Shown: piece by piece, positions 17,233-24,898 of the stretch | Position numbering within the stretch: position 1 is the first letter of the stretch | Layout of the letters: the number at the start of each line of letters is the position of its first letter | Source of the DNA: Longimicrobiales bacterium | GTDB taxonomy: Bacteria > Gemmatimonadota > Gemmatimonadetes > Longimicrobiales > Gaopeijiaceae | Length of the DNA: 64,000 nt | Assembly: GCA_965204735.1 (NCBI GenBank) | Contig: OZ242008.1 | Span: 1,728,001 to 1,792,000, forward strand | Direction of reading: 5' to 3' | Program-made: the position numbers and the translations under genes | Notes under the pieces: model-generated | Database searches by the model: none | Told to the model about the DNA's origin: nothing | Seen by the model: only the letters and a program-made list of their open reading frames with translations

Positions 17233-19088
17233 GACGCGGCTCCGTCGGCTTCGCACTCCGCACCCACCTCGAACTGCCGTTCCGCCCGCGCGGCGTCCAT
17301 CGCCCGCACGCTCGACCAGAACCGCGCCACCCTGTCCCGCAGCACCCTGGCCTCGCCCGCCCCGGCGTAGACCACGTCGATCCGGCGGCGGTCCACCCGC
17401 TCCTGGAGCTCGGCTTCGCGCCCGTTGTGGACGCGCTCGTCGAACCACTTGACGCCTTCGCGGCTTCGGCAGTCCCTCGGAGGGCAAGCTGCCACGAGCA
17501 CGCCTCCGGCACCGGCCCGGACCAGGTACTCGATCACGGAGGTGTGAAGGCTGCCCACGCATCCCACGGGGAAGATCCGCGCCGCGGGGACGGCCGCGGA
17601 CGCAGCCGATCCGGCGGGTCCGTCGACGTCGGCGAGTCCCAGCGGGCGGAGCGACTCCAGCGAGCCGACCGACCCTGCCGCTCCGTGCATGCATCCCACG
17701 ATCACCACGTCGCTGGGACCGGGCCGCGCCTCGGCCAGGAACTCCCGCGTTCGGGCCAGCTGGTCCCGCCCCGTCCGTCCGTCGGGCCCCACGCCCATGG
17801 GCGCGCACGACCCTGCGCAGACGCCGCAGCTCACGCACTTGGCCGTATCCACCCAGCCGACCAAGCCGTCGCGTCCGTCGTCCCGTTCCACCATGGAGAT
17901 GGCTTCGTAGGGACAGTCCTGGAAGCACTGCTCGCAACCGGTGCAGTGGCGCGGGTTCACCCACGAAGGCGAGGGCGCCTTCTCCGCCCGCGGCTTGGTC
18001 AGGAACGGAACCAGAAGGGCCGCTGCGACGATCGATCCGCCCGCGACCCAGACCCAGCCGGCCGCCATGGTCCGGGTCGCAGGCAACCAGAACCCGTAGA
18101 CCCAGTCGGCAGGCACGACCGAGGGAAGCTTCAGCAAGTCCGCCTTCGGGCCCAGCGGAGGCGGCCACGCCACGGCTGCAATGGCCAGGCAGCCGACCGC
18201 GCCCCACAATAGCCGCTTGGGCGGAAGCAGCTGCGCTCGCGCCAGCCGCGACACGTGCACCCAGAGAAAGAGGGCGATCCCCACGGGCGCCGCGATGTGG
18301 GCGAACAAGTTCATGAAGAAGAACGCGTCCGGCAGGGGCGCCTCGCCGGTGAACGCCCGGCCCAGGGGCTCGGAGAAGACGGGCAGCGCGTCCAGGATGC
18401 GGGCGCCCTCGGCGGCGAGAACTTGGCCGTGGACGTCCCACGCCATGACGTAGCCGGTCCAGCCGCAGACGAAGAGGATGCCCAGGAGCACGCCCCCCGA
18501 CACCCATGCCAGCGCCCGCGGACCCCAGGTGCGGCGCTGGGCGAACATCCGAAAGCCGTGGAGGACCGCCGCCACGACCGCCAGGGCGGACGCGTAGCGA
18601 TGCATCCCCCGAATCCACCGCCCGCCCCACCACTGCGCGTCGATCGCCGCCACCGACTCGTGGGGCGCGCCGATCCGGTAGAAGAGGAGCAGATACGCCC
18701 CCGTCGCCAGGAGGACGCCGAAGCAAGCCACCACCAGCGCGCCCGAGTGGTAGAGCGGGTTGAAGCGCCAGGTGTACAGCGCGTTGAACGCGGCGTCGAG
18801 ACGGGCGAGCGCTCGGAGGCCGGGGTTCGCGGCAGCCGGGGAGCTGCCCGAAGCCTGAGGGCCGCCCGCCGGTGGGTGGTTGCTCGCCGCCCGGGAGCCG
18901 CCCTCCGGTGGGTGGTCGCCCGCCGCCCGGGAGCCGCCCGGCGGTGGGTGGTCGCCCGCCGCCTGAGAGCGGTCCCCCGCCTGAACGCCGCCGGCCGCCT
19001 GATAATCGCTCGCCGCCAAGCGGGACGCGGCCTCCCGCCCGGATCGCCCGCCACGCTTCCCACCTTGCCCCTCCCCAGCAATATTCAT
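17229..19088 (-). CDS. Cytochrome b (N-terminal domain) - 2x[4Fe-4S] dicluster - MvhD/FlpD-like [2Fe-2S] fusion protein
   Basis: Heme His pairs in RGMHRYASALAVVAAVLHG and FAHIAAPVGIALFLWVH; CTGCEQCFQDCP and CVSCGVCAGSC; MvhD-type Cys in VGCMHG, VGCVGSL, ACPPRDC. Start uncertain (low-complexity N-terminus). Confidence 0.85.
   Translation of the reverse strand: MNIAGEGQGGKRGGRSGREAASRLAASDYQAAGGVQAGDRSQAAGDHPPPGGSRAAGDHPPEGGSRAASNHPPAGGPQASGSSPAAANPGLRALARLDAAFNALYTWRFNPLYHSGALVVACFGVLLATGAYLLLFYRIGAPHESVAAIDAQWWGGRWIRGMHRYASALAVVAAVLHGFRMFAQRRTWGPRALAWVSGGVLLGILFVCGWTGYVMAWDVHGQVLAAEGARILDALPVFSEPLGRAFTGEAPLPDAFFFMNLFAHIAAPVGIALFLWVHVSRLARAQLLPPKRLLWGAVGCLAIAAVAWPPPLGPKADLLKLPSVVPADWVYGFWLPATRTMAAGWVWVAGGSIVAAALLVPFLTKPRAEKAPSPSWVNPRHCTGCEQCFQDCPYEAISMVERDDGRDGLVGWVDTAKCVSCGVCAGSCAPMGVGPDGRTGRDQLARTREFLAEARPGPSDVVIVGCMHGAAGSVGSLESLRPLGLADVDGPAGSAASAAVPAARIFPVGCVGSLHTSVIEYLVRAGAGGVLVAACPPRDCRSREGVKWFDERVHNGREAELQERVDRRRIDVVYAGAGEARVLRDRVARFWSSVRAMDAARAERQFEVGAECEADGAAS
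18861..18968. repeat. 36-bp tandem repeat, 3 copies (AAGDHPPxGGSR)
   Basis: GGTGGGTGGT(C/T)GC(C/T)CGCCGCC recurs at a 36-nt period in the 5' end of the cytochrome b fusion ORF. Confidence 0.8.
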
Positions 19089-19104
19089 ATCATCATGATA
19101 ATAG
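19081..19104. promoter_or_regulatory. AT-rich divergent promoter/operator (candidate Rrf2 site)
   Basis: ATATTCATATCATCATGATAATAG in a GC-rich background; inverted repeat TATCA-TCA-TGATA (19088-19100) between divergent genes. Confidence 0.5.
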
Positions 19105-19126
19105 GACGAATGCCGCAGGCAACCCC

Positions 19127-19567
19127 GTGATCCTCTCCCAGACCGCCGTGTACGCCCTTCGAGCGATGCTTCACTTGGCCGAGCGCCCCGACGACCAGCC
19201 GGTGCCGGTGGGCGACGTCGCGGCCGCGCTGGACGTTCCGCGCAACTACCTGTCCAAGATCCTCCACGTCCTTGCCCGGCGCGGCCTGCTCCGGTCCGTC
19301 CGTGGACCCGGCGGCGGATTCAGCCTCGCCCGTCCGCCCAGCCGAACGACGCTGCTGGAGGTGGCCGCCCACTTCGACGACATGGACCGCGAGCGCTGCC
19401 TGCTGGGCCGCCCCGAGTGCCGGGACGACGATCCGTGCCCGGCCCACGGCCAATGGAAGGAAGTCGCCGCCGCCCTGCACGCCTTCTTCCGCAACACCAC
19501 CATCGCCGACCTCGCCCGCGGCGCGACGAAGACTCGCCCGCGCCACCAACAGGAGGCCGACTCGTGA
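19127..19567 (+). CDS. Rrf2-family Fe-S transcriptional regulator
   Basis: SQTAVYALRAM, VPRNYLSKIL, SVRGPGGGFSLAR, C-x6-C-x5-C-x2-H. Confidence 0.93.
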   Translation: MILSQTAVYALRAMLHLAERPDDQPVPVGDVAAALDVPRNYLSKILHVLARRGLLRSVRGPGGGFSLARPPSRTTLLEVAAHFDDMDRERCLLGRPECRDDDPCPAHGQWKEVAAALHAFFRNTTIADLARGATKTRPRHQQEADS

Positions 19568-19743
19568 CCGACCACGACGACACTGGCGCAAAGGCGCCGG
19601 ACCCCGCCGACGTTCCCTTCCTCCAGCGGCTCTACGACCGGCCCTTCCTGCTGCTGGCGCTGGGCTTGGCCGTCATGCTGATCCTCTTCACCGGCTGGGG
19701 GCTGTGGGAGGTGCTGACGCTCCCCGAAGCCACCCTGCCGTAA
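19564..19743 (+). CDS. Small single-TM protein, probable accessory subunit of the heme-copper oxidoreductase
   Basis: GTG overlaps the rrf2 stop; 59 aa, PFLQRLYDRPFLLLALGLAVMLILFTGWGLWEV; followed by an RBS for subunit II. Confidence 0.75.
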   Translation: MTDHDDTGAKAPDPADVPFLQRLYDRPFLLLALGLAVMLILFTGWGLWEVLTLPEATLP

Positions 19744-19756
19744 GGAGCTGGCGCAG

Positions 19757-20347
19757 ATGTACCAAACGGGAATGACCCCGCCGCAAGGCGTCTGGTGGAA
19801 GCCGGCGCACAAGTCCGAGAAGGTCTGGGCCACGGTGGCCTTCGTCTGGTGCATGGTGCTCTTCGCCATGATGCCGGTCTGGCACCTTCGCGGAGGCCAG
19901 AACCCCTCCGGAATCCGCGCCAAGGTGGATCCGACCGCCTTCCAGGCCAGGGTCCAGGAGTTCATCCGCGACTACCAGGTGGGCACCGACAACGGCTTTC
20001 CGGTCGTGGCGCCGCCGCCGGGCAGCGACGTGTACATGATCGGCCAGATGTGGGCGTGGCTGCCGGTGCTTCAGCTCGAGAAGGACGTCGAGTACACTCT
20101 GCACCTCTCGTCGCTGGACGTGAACCACGGCTTCAACCTGTATCCGTTCAACGTCAACTTTCAGGTGGTTCCAGGATACGACTACGGACTGCGCATCGTG
20201 CCGACCGAGGCCGGCGAGTACGGCGTGGTCTGCAACGAGTTCTGCGGCGTCGGCCATCACTTGATGGTGGGGAAGGTGATCGTCACCGACTCGGAGACGA
20301 ACGTCGCCTCCCGACCGGCCGCCGGGGCGGAAGGCGGCGCCAGATGA
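19757..20347 (+). CDS. Heme-copper oxidoreductase subunit II (CuA), B-family/eNOR type
   Basis: Single TM plus cupredoxin domain with DVNHG and CNEFCGVGHHLM CuA ligands. Confidence 0.93.
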   Translation: MYQTGMTPPQGVWWKPAHKSEKVWATVAFVWCMVLFAMMPVWHLRGGQNPSGIRAKVDPTAFQARVQEFIRDYQVGTDNGFPVVAPPPGSDVYMIGQMWAWLPVLQLEKDVEYTLHLSSLDVNHGFNLYPFNVNFQVVPGYDYGLRIVPTEAGEYGVVCNEFCGVGHHLMVGKVIVTDSETNVASRPAAGAEGGAR

Positions 20348-22062
20348 ACCCGTTTCGCAAGTGTCCGACCACCGGGCTGAGCGTGCACAAGGACGCCGAC
20401 GCCCTGATCAAGGCCAACGCGGTGGCAGCCACGGTGGCGCTGCTGATCGGCGGCGTCACGGCGGTGCTCGTGCTGCTGACCCGGTGGCAGGCCGTTCATC
20501 TCCTGAGCGACGTGTGGTTCTACCGCATCCTCACCGTCCACGGGATGAACATGCTGATCTTCTTCATCCTGTTCTTCGAGATGGCGGTCCTCTACTTCGC
20601 GTCCGCCGTGCTGCTCAACTCCCGCGTGGCCGCGCCGAAGACGGGGTGGGTCGCGTTCGCTCTCATGCTGGCGGGCGCCGCAATGGTGGAGTGGGCCATG
20701 TTCACGGGCAGGGCGGACGTCCTGTTCACCTCCTACGTGCCCCTGAAGGCGCATTGGAGCTTCTACCTGGGCGTGATCCTCTTCGCCGTGGGCGCAATCT
20801 TCGTGACCACGATCTTCTTCGCGACCCTGGTGGTCGCCAAGCGGGAGAAGACGTATTCGGGGTCGGTGCCCCTGGTGACCTTCGGGGCGATGACGGCGGC
20901 GATCATCGCGGCGATCACGCTCCTCCACGGCGCGGCGATCTACATCCCCACCTTCCTCTGGTCGCTGGGCCTCATGGAGGTGGACCCGCAGGTGTACCGA
21001 CTGGTCTGGTGGGGGCTGGGCCACTCGTCGCAACAGATCAACGTCGCCGCCATGGTGGCGATCTGGTACCTGCTGGGCGGGCTCACCGTCGGCGCCGTGG
21101 TGGTGAACGAGAAGATCAGCCGCACGGCCTTCGTCCTGTACATCCTGTTCATTTCCATGGCGTCGGCGCACCACCTGCTGGTGGACCCGGGGTTCGGCCC
21201 GTCGTGGAAGATCGTGAACACGTCGTACTTCATGTACATGGCGGTGCTGGCGTCGATGCTCCACGGCTTCACCGTGCCGGCGGGCGTCGAGCTGGGGATG
21301 CGCCTTCGGGGCTTCACGCAAGGGTTGTTCGGCTGGCTTCGGCGCGCGCCCTGGCACGACCCGGGCTTCTCGGCGCTGTGCCTCTCCGTCGTGGTGTTCG
21401 GATTCGTGGGCGGAATCACGGGCGTGACCTTCGGCACCGAGCAGATCAACATCATCGCGCACAACACCTTGCGAATTCCCGGCCACTTCCACGCGACCGT
21501 CGTCAGCGGCACCGCGATGGCCTTCATGGGCGTCACCTACTACGTGATTCCGCTGATCTTCCGGAAGAAGATCGCCTTCTACGGCTTGGCGAAGTGGCAG
21601 CCGTGGGTGTTCAGCGCCGGAATGCTCGTGTTCTCTATGGCGATGACCTTCGCCGGAACCTTCGGCGTTCCGCGCAGGCACTGGGACGTCACCTTCTCCG
21701 GCGCGCCCTTCGGCGTCGAGTACTCCGCCGCCGTGGACTTGCTGTTCGCGGTCATGGCTGCCGGAGGGCTGGTCGCGGCAGTGGGCGGCGCCATGTACAT
21801 CGTGGTCACCGTGTCGTCGGTGTTCTTCGGCAAGCCGCTGGGCGACGAAACGACGGAGTCGGCCCTTGCGGGCGCCGTGCCGCCCGGTCTCTACACGCGC
21901 CCGTTCACGGAGCTTCCCGCCCGGACGCCGAAGCTGAAGGAACACGGCAAGCTGGGGACGATGCCGGGCACGATGATCCTCGTCGGCGTGTTCCTGCTCG
22001 CCTTCGTCGTCTACTACTTCGCCAACTGGAAGCTCCTGTCGGCGATGTGGCAGATCGGGTGA
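20344..22062 (+). CDS. Heme-copper oxidoreductase subunit I, probable eNOR-family nitric oxide reductase
   Basis: All six His ligands present (LTVHG, GHSSQQ, SAHHL, GHFH); Gln at the H+4 position where A/B-family O2 reductases have Tyr; ATGA overlap with subunit II. Confidence 0.82.
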   Translation: MNPFRKCPTTGLSVHKDADALIKANAVAATVALLIGGVTAVLVLLTRWQAVHLLSDVWFYRILTVHGMNMLIFFILFFEMAVLYFASAVLLNSRVAAPKTGWVAFALMLAGAAMVEWAMFTGRADVLFTSYVPLKAHWSFYLGVILFAVGAIFVTTIFFATLVVAKREKTYSGSVPLVTFGAMTAAIIAAITLLHGAAIYIPTFLWSLGLMEVDPQVYRLVWWGLGHSSQQINVAAMVAIWYLLGGLTVGAVVVNEKISRTAFVLYILFISMASAHHLLVDPGFGPSWKIVNTSYFMYMAVLASMLHGFTVPAGVELGMRLRGFTQGLFGWLRRAPWHDPGFSALCLSVVVFGFVGGITGVTFGTEQINIIAHNTLRIPGHFHATVVSGTAMAFMGVTYYVIPLIFRKKIAFYGLAKWQPWVFSAGMLVFSMAMTFAGTFGVPRRHWDVTFSGAPFGVEYSAAVDLLFAVMAAGGLVAAVGGAMYIVVTVSSVFFGKPLGDETTESALAGAVPPGLYTRPFTELPARTPKLKEHGKLGTMPGTMILVGVFLLAFVVYYFANWKLLSAMWQIG

Positions 22063-23045
22063 CGGCGGAACTCGGGCCTCGCGGGGCGCCGAAGATCCTC
22101 CGACCCCAGGACAGATGGCCCGTCGGGGCGGCCGCGTTCATCCTGGCCGTTTCCGCCGCGTGGTGGGGATTCGCGCTCTTCGCGGTTCCCGGCGCCCCCG
22201 AGTGGCTCGACCGCGCCCGCGCCGTCTGCTTCAACGTCGACGAGAGCGGCCTGCCCGACGCGAAGGGCTGGCTGCTGCTGATCGGACAGCCGCCGGCGAT
22301 GCTGCTGGCGCTGTACGCTGGGTGGAGCGGCCAAGTGCGCGACACTTGCCGCCACCTTGTCCGCTCTCCCGCCCGACGACGCCTGATCGTGGGCGCAGGT
22401 CTGGCGGTTGCGGCCTTTCTGGCGACCGCCGCGGCCCAGGTGGCCAGCCTTCGCCTCCCGCCCCCGGCGCTGGCGGCCGGCTTCGGAGCGACCGGCGACG
22501 AACTCCTGCCCGAGACCTACCCCCGCCTCGACCGCCCGTGGCCCGGGACCGAAGGGCTGGTGGACCAGCGCGGCGCCGCCTTCTCGCTGGAGAGCCTCGA
22601 AGGCCGACCGGCGTTCGTCACCTTCGCGTTCGGCCACTGCGCCACGATCTGCCCCATCGTGGTGCGCAACTCGCTGGAAGCGCGGCGGTCCGTGGCGTCC
22701 CAGCGGGATGCCGATGTCGAGACGGCGGTCGTGGTGTTCACGCTGGACCCTTGGCGCGACACGCCCAGCCGCTTGCCGGTCCTTGCGGAGCGCTATGGGC
22801 TCGACCCCGCGCGGGACTTCTTGGTCGGCGGCGCCCCGGAAGCCGTGACGCCCGTGTTGGACGCTTTCGCCATGGCCCACCAGCGCGACCCCCGAACCGG
22901 CGACGTCGTTCACCCGCCGCTGGTCTACGTGGCGGAGAGCGACGGGACGTTGGCCTACGCATCCACGGGCGCGACGGTCCATCTTGTGCAGCTGGCGGGC
23001 AGGACCGCCGGCCGAACGAACGACGCGACCCCGATAGGCCGCTGA
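22059..23045 (+). CDS. SCO/SenC copper chaperone fused to an N-terminal multi-TM domain
   Basis: FAFGHCATICP (CxxxC), TLDPWRDTP, VVHPP; GTGA overlap with subunit I. Confidence 0.88.
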   Translation: MTAELGPRGAPKILRPQDRWPVGAAAFILAVSAAWWGFALFAVPGAPEWLDRARAVCFNVDESGLPDAKGWLLLIGQPPAMLLALYAGWSGQVRDTCRHLVRSPARRRLIVGAGLAVAAFLATAAAQVASLRLPPPALAAGFGATGDELLPETYPRLDRPWPGTEGLVDQRGAAFSLESLEGRPAFVTFAFGHCATICPIVVRNSLEARRSVASQRDADVETAVVVFTLDPWRDTPSRLPVLAERYGLDPARDFLVGGAPEAVTPVLDAFAMAHQRDPRTGDVVHPPLVYVAESDGTLAYASTGATVHLVQLAGRTAGRTNDATPIGR

Positions 23046-23072
23046 CGTGCACATGCAGGGAACGTCAAGACG

Positions 23073-23924
23073 ATGAGGGTCGTCACGTGGAACGTCGACC
23101 GGGCCACTTACTGCAAGAACACCCAGCTCTCGGCGGCAAAGTGGAAGGCGTTCCTGCGGATGTCGGCCGACATCGCCATGCTCCAGGAAGTCTACAACAT
23201 CCCGCAGTGCGTTCGCGACCGCTACCACGTCAAGTACGTGAAAGTACGCTACTTCACAGGAGGCTGCGCCAAGTTCGGGACCGCTGTGCTCGCCAGGAAG
23301 CCCGATTGGAAGATCGGGGCAGAAGCGACGTGGAGCTCGGAGCACGACTGGGTCAACCGGATCCAGCAAACGTTCCCCGGCTGGCTGGTCGGGCGTCAAG
23401 TCGAGAGCGCTTCGGGCGACCGCTGCACGGCCGTGTCAGTACATGCGCTGGCTGTTCCGGTTGAGCGCCGGGAAGGAACTCACGCGCTCTGCGAGATACT
23501 GGACGGCGTCGACGTCGCTCCTGTCAAGCTGCAAAACAACCCGACGCTGTGGTTCACGGAAATACTGTGGTCGCTGCTCAAGGGAGCCAAGATAGACAAA
23601 GCCGCGAGCTGGATCGTTGCCGGCGACTTCAACAGTTCCATACTGTTCGACAAGCCCAAGAACCGAGGCAACGGCGAGATCGTCGAAAGGCTCAACGCCT
23701 TGGGGCTCTTCGACTGCGTCGTCGAGCGCCATGGAGAGCGCAAGCCCACATATCGCGCCAAGACCCATCCGCACCTGGTGCCGGTCCATCAACTGGACTA
23801 CGTGTACGCGAACGCACCGTTGCTCGACCGCCTGACCGACGTCGCGGTGGGAGGAGACCTGCCGGCAGGGGAGAAGGGGCTCAGCGATCACCTTCCCGTC
23901 GTGTGCGACTTCGGAGACGCCTGA
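23073..23924 (+). CDS. Endonuclease/exonuclease/phosphatase (EEP) family protein
   Basis: MRVVTWNV, DIAMLQE, VAGDFN, QLDYVY, LSDHLPV. Confidence 0.88.
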   Translation: MRVVTWNVDRATYCKNTQLSAAKWKAFLRMSADIAMLQEVYNIPQCVRDRYHVKYVKVRYFTGGCAKFGTAVLARKPDWKIGAEATWSSEHDWVNRIQQTFPGWLVGRQVESASGDRCTAVSVHALAVPVERREGTHALCEILDGVDVAPVKLQNNPTLWFTEILWSLLKGAKIDKAASWIVAGDFNSSILFDKPKNRGNGEIVERLNALGLFDCVVERHGERKPTYRAKTHPHLVPVHQLDYVYANAPLLDRLTDVAVGGDLPAGEKGLSDHLPVVCDFGDA

Positions 23925-24147
23925 CAAGTCGGGCTCCCCCACCAGATCGGCCAGCAGCATGTCCGGTTGGGACTGAAGCGCTCGCGCCCGGCCAATTCCG
24001 CTTCCCGTCCCCCGCTCCCGGGGCTACCTTTTGCGGGGCGGAGAACCCGCCGCGACGCGGCCCGGACCGCCCGGACCCGGCCGCCCCCCTGGCCGTTCCA
24101 AGGGCGGTCCGGCACTCATTTCGGAAGAGAGGAAGCGAGGGAAGCCG

Positions 24148-24651
24148 ATGAACATGAAGAAGATGGCGGCCGCCGGCCTGCTGGCGACGGGGGTCGCGGT
24201 GGTGCTGGTCGCCGGAAGCAGGTCCACGGACGAGGGGGCGGCGAGCTACTCGGCCCAGCCAGCGGCCGCCGGCGACGGTCCTGCGGTCCACGTCTACAAG
24301 ACGGCGACGTGCGGGTGCTGCGCGAAGTGGGTCGACCACCTGCGGGAGGCCGGCTTCGCCGTGACGGTCGAGGACACGAGGGAGTTGATGGCCGTCAAGC
24401 GGCGCGAGGGAGTCCCGACGGACCTCAGCTCGTGCCACACGGCGCTGGTGAACGGCTACGTCGTGGAGGGACACGTGCCCGCGTCGGTGGTCCACGCCTT
24501 CCTGGAGGAGGCCCCTGAAGCGCGGGGCCTCGCAGTCCCTGGAATGCCGATCGGATCGCCGGGGATGGAGGGCCGGCACGCGGAAGCCTACGACGTGTTC
24601 GCCTTCGACGCGGACGGCGAGCGGACCGTCTTCCGCCACGTCGAGCCGTAG
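24148..24651 (+). CDS. DUF411/CopG-like periplasmic metal (Cu)-binding protein
   Basis: YKTATCGCCAKWVDHL, SCHTA, EGHVP, GLAVPGMPIGSPGME; N-terminal signal/anchor. Confidence 0.9.
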   Translation: MNMKKMAAAGLLATGVAVVLVAGSRSTDEGAASYSAQPAAAGDGPAVHVYKTATCGCCAKWVDHLREAGFAVTVEDTRELMAVKRREGVPTDLSSCHTALVNGYVVEGHVPASVVHAFLEEAPEARGLAVPGMPIGSPGMEGRHAEAYDVFAFDADGERTVFRHVEP

Positions 24652-24898
24652 CCAGGCCGTTCGCCACATTGGGCCCGCTGGGCATCGCAATCCAGCGCCG
24701 CTTTCGGGCGTCGCCCGGTTCGCCCGAAGCGTCCGACAGCCCTAGAATGAGAGTTCGTCGCCGGACCATGGCGCAGGGCAGCCCTCGCGGTCGAGCCCGG
24801 GCCACCCGTCCCCCTCGCGATCTTCCACCTTCCGCCAAGAGCGGCGGCAGCCCGAGCCCCCTGGGCGCCATGCCCAGGCGGCCCCTCCCTGGAGCGCC

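Noticed and set aside
17229..19088. Hydrogenase or bc1 complex call
   Set aside because: No NiFe large subunit, Rieske protein or cytochrome c1 nearby; PEWY motif absent.
20344..22062. ba3/cbb3 cytochrome c oxidase call
   Set aside because: No HPxVY tyrosine, and subunit II is CuA-type rather than a cbb3 c-type cytochrome.
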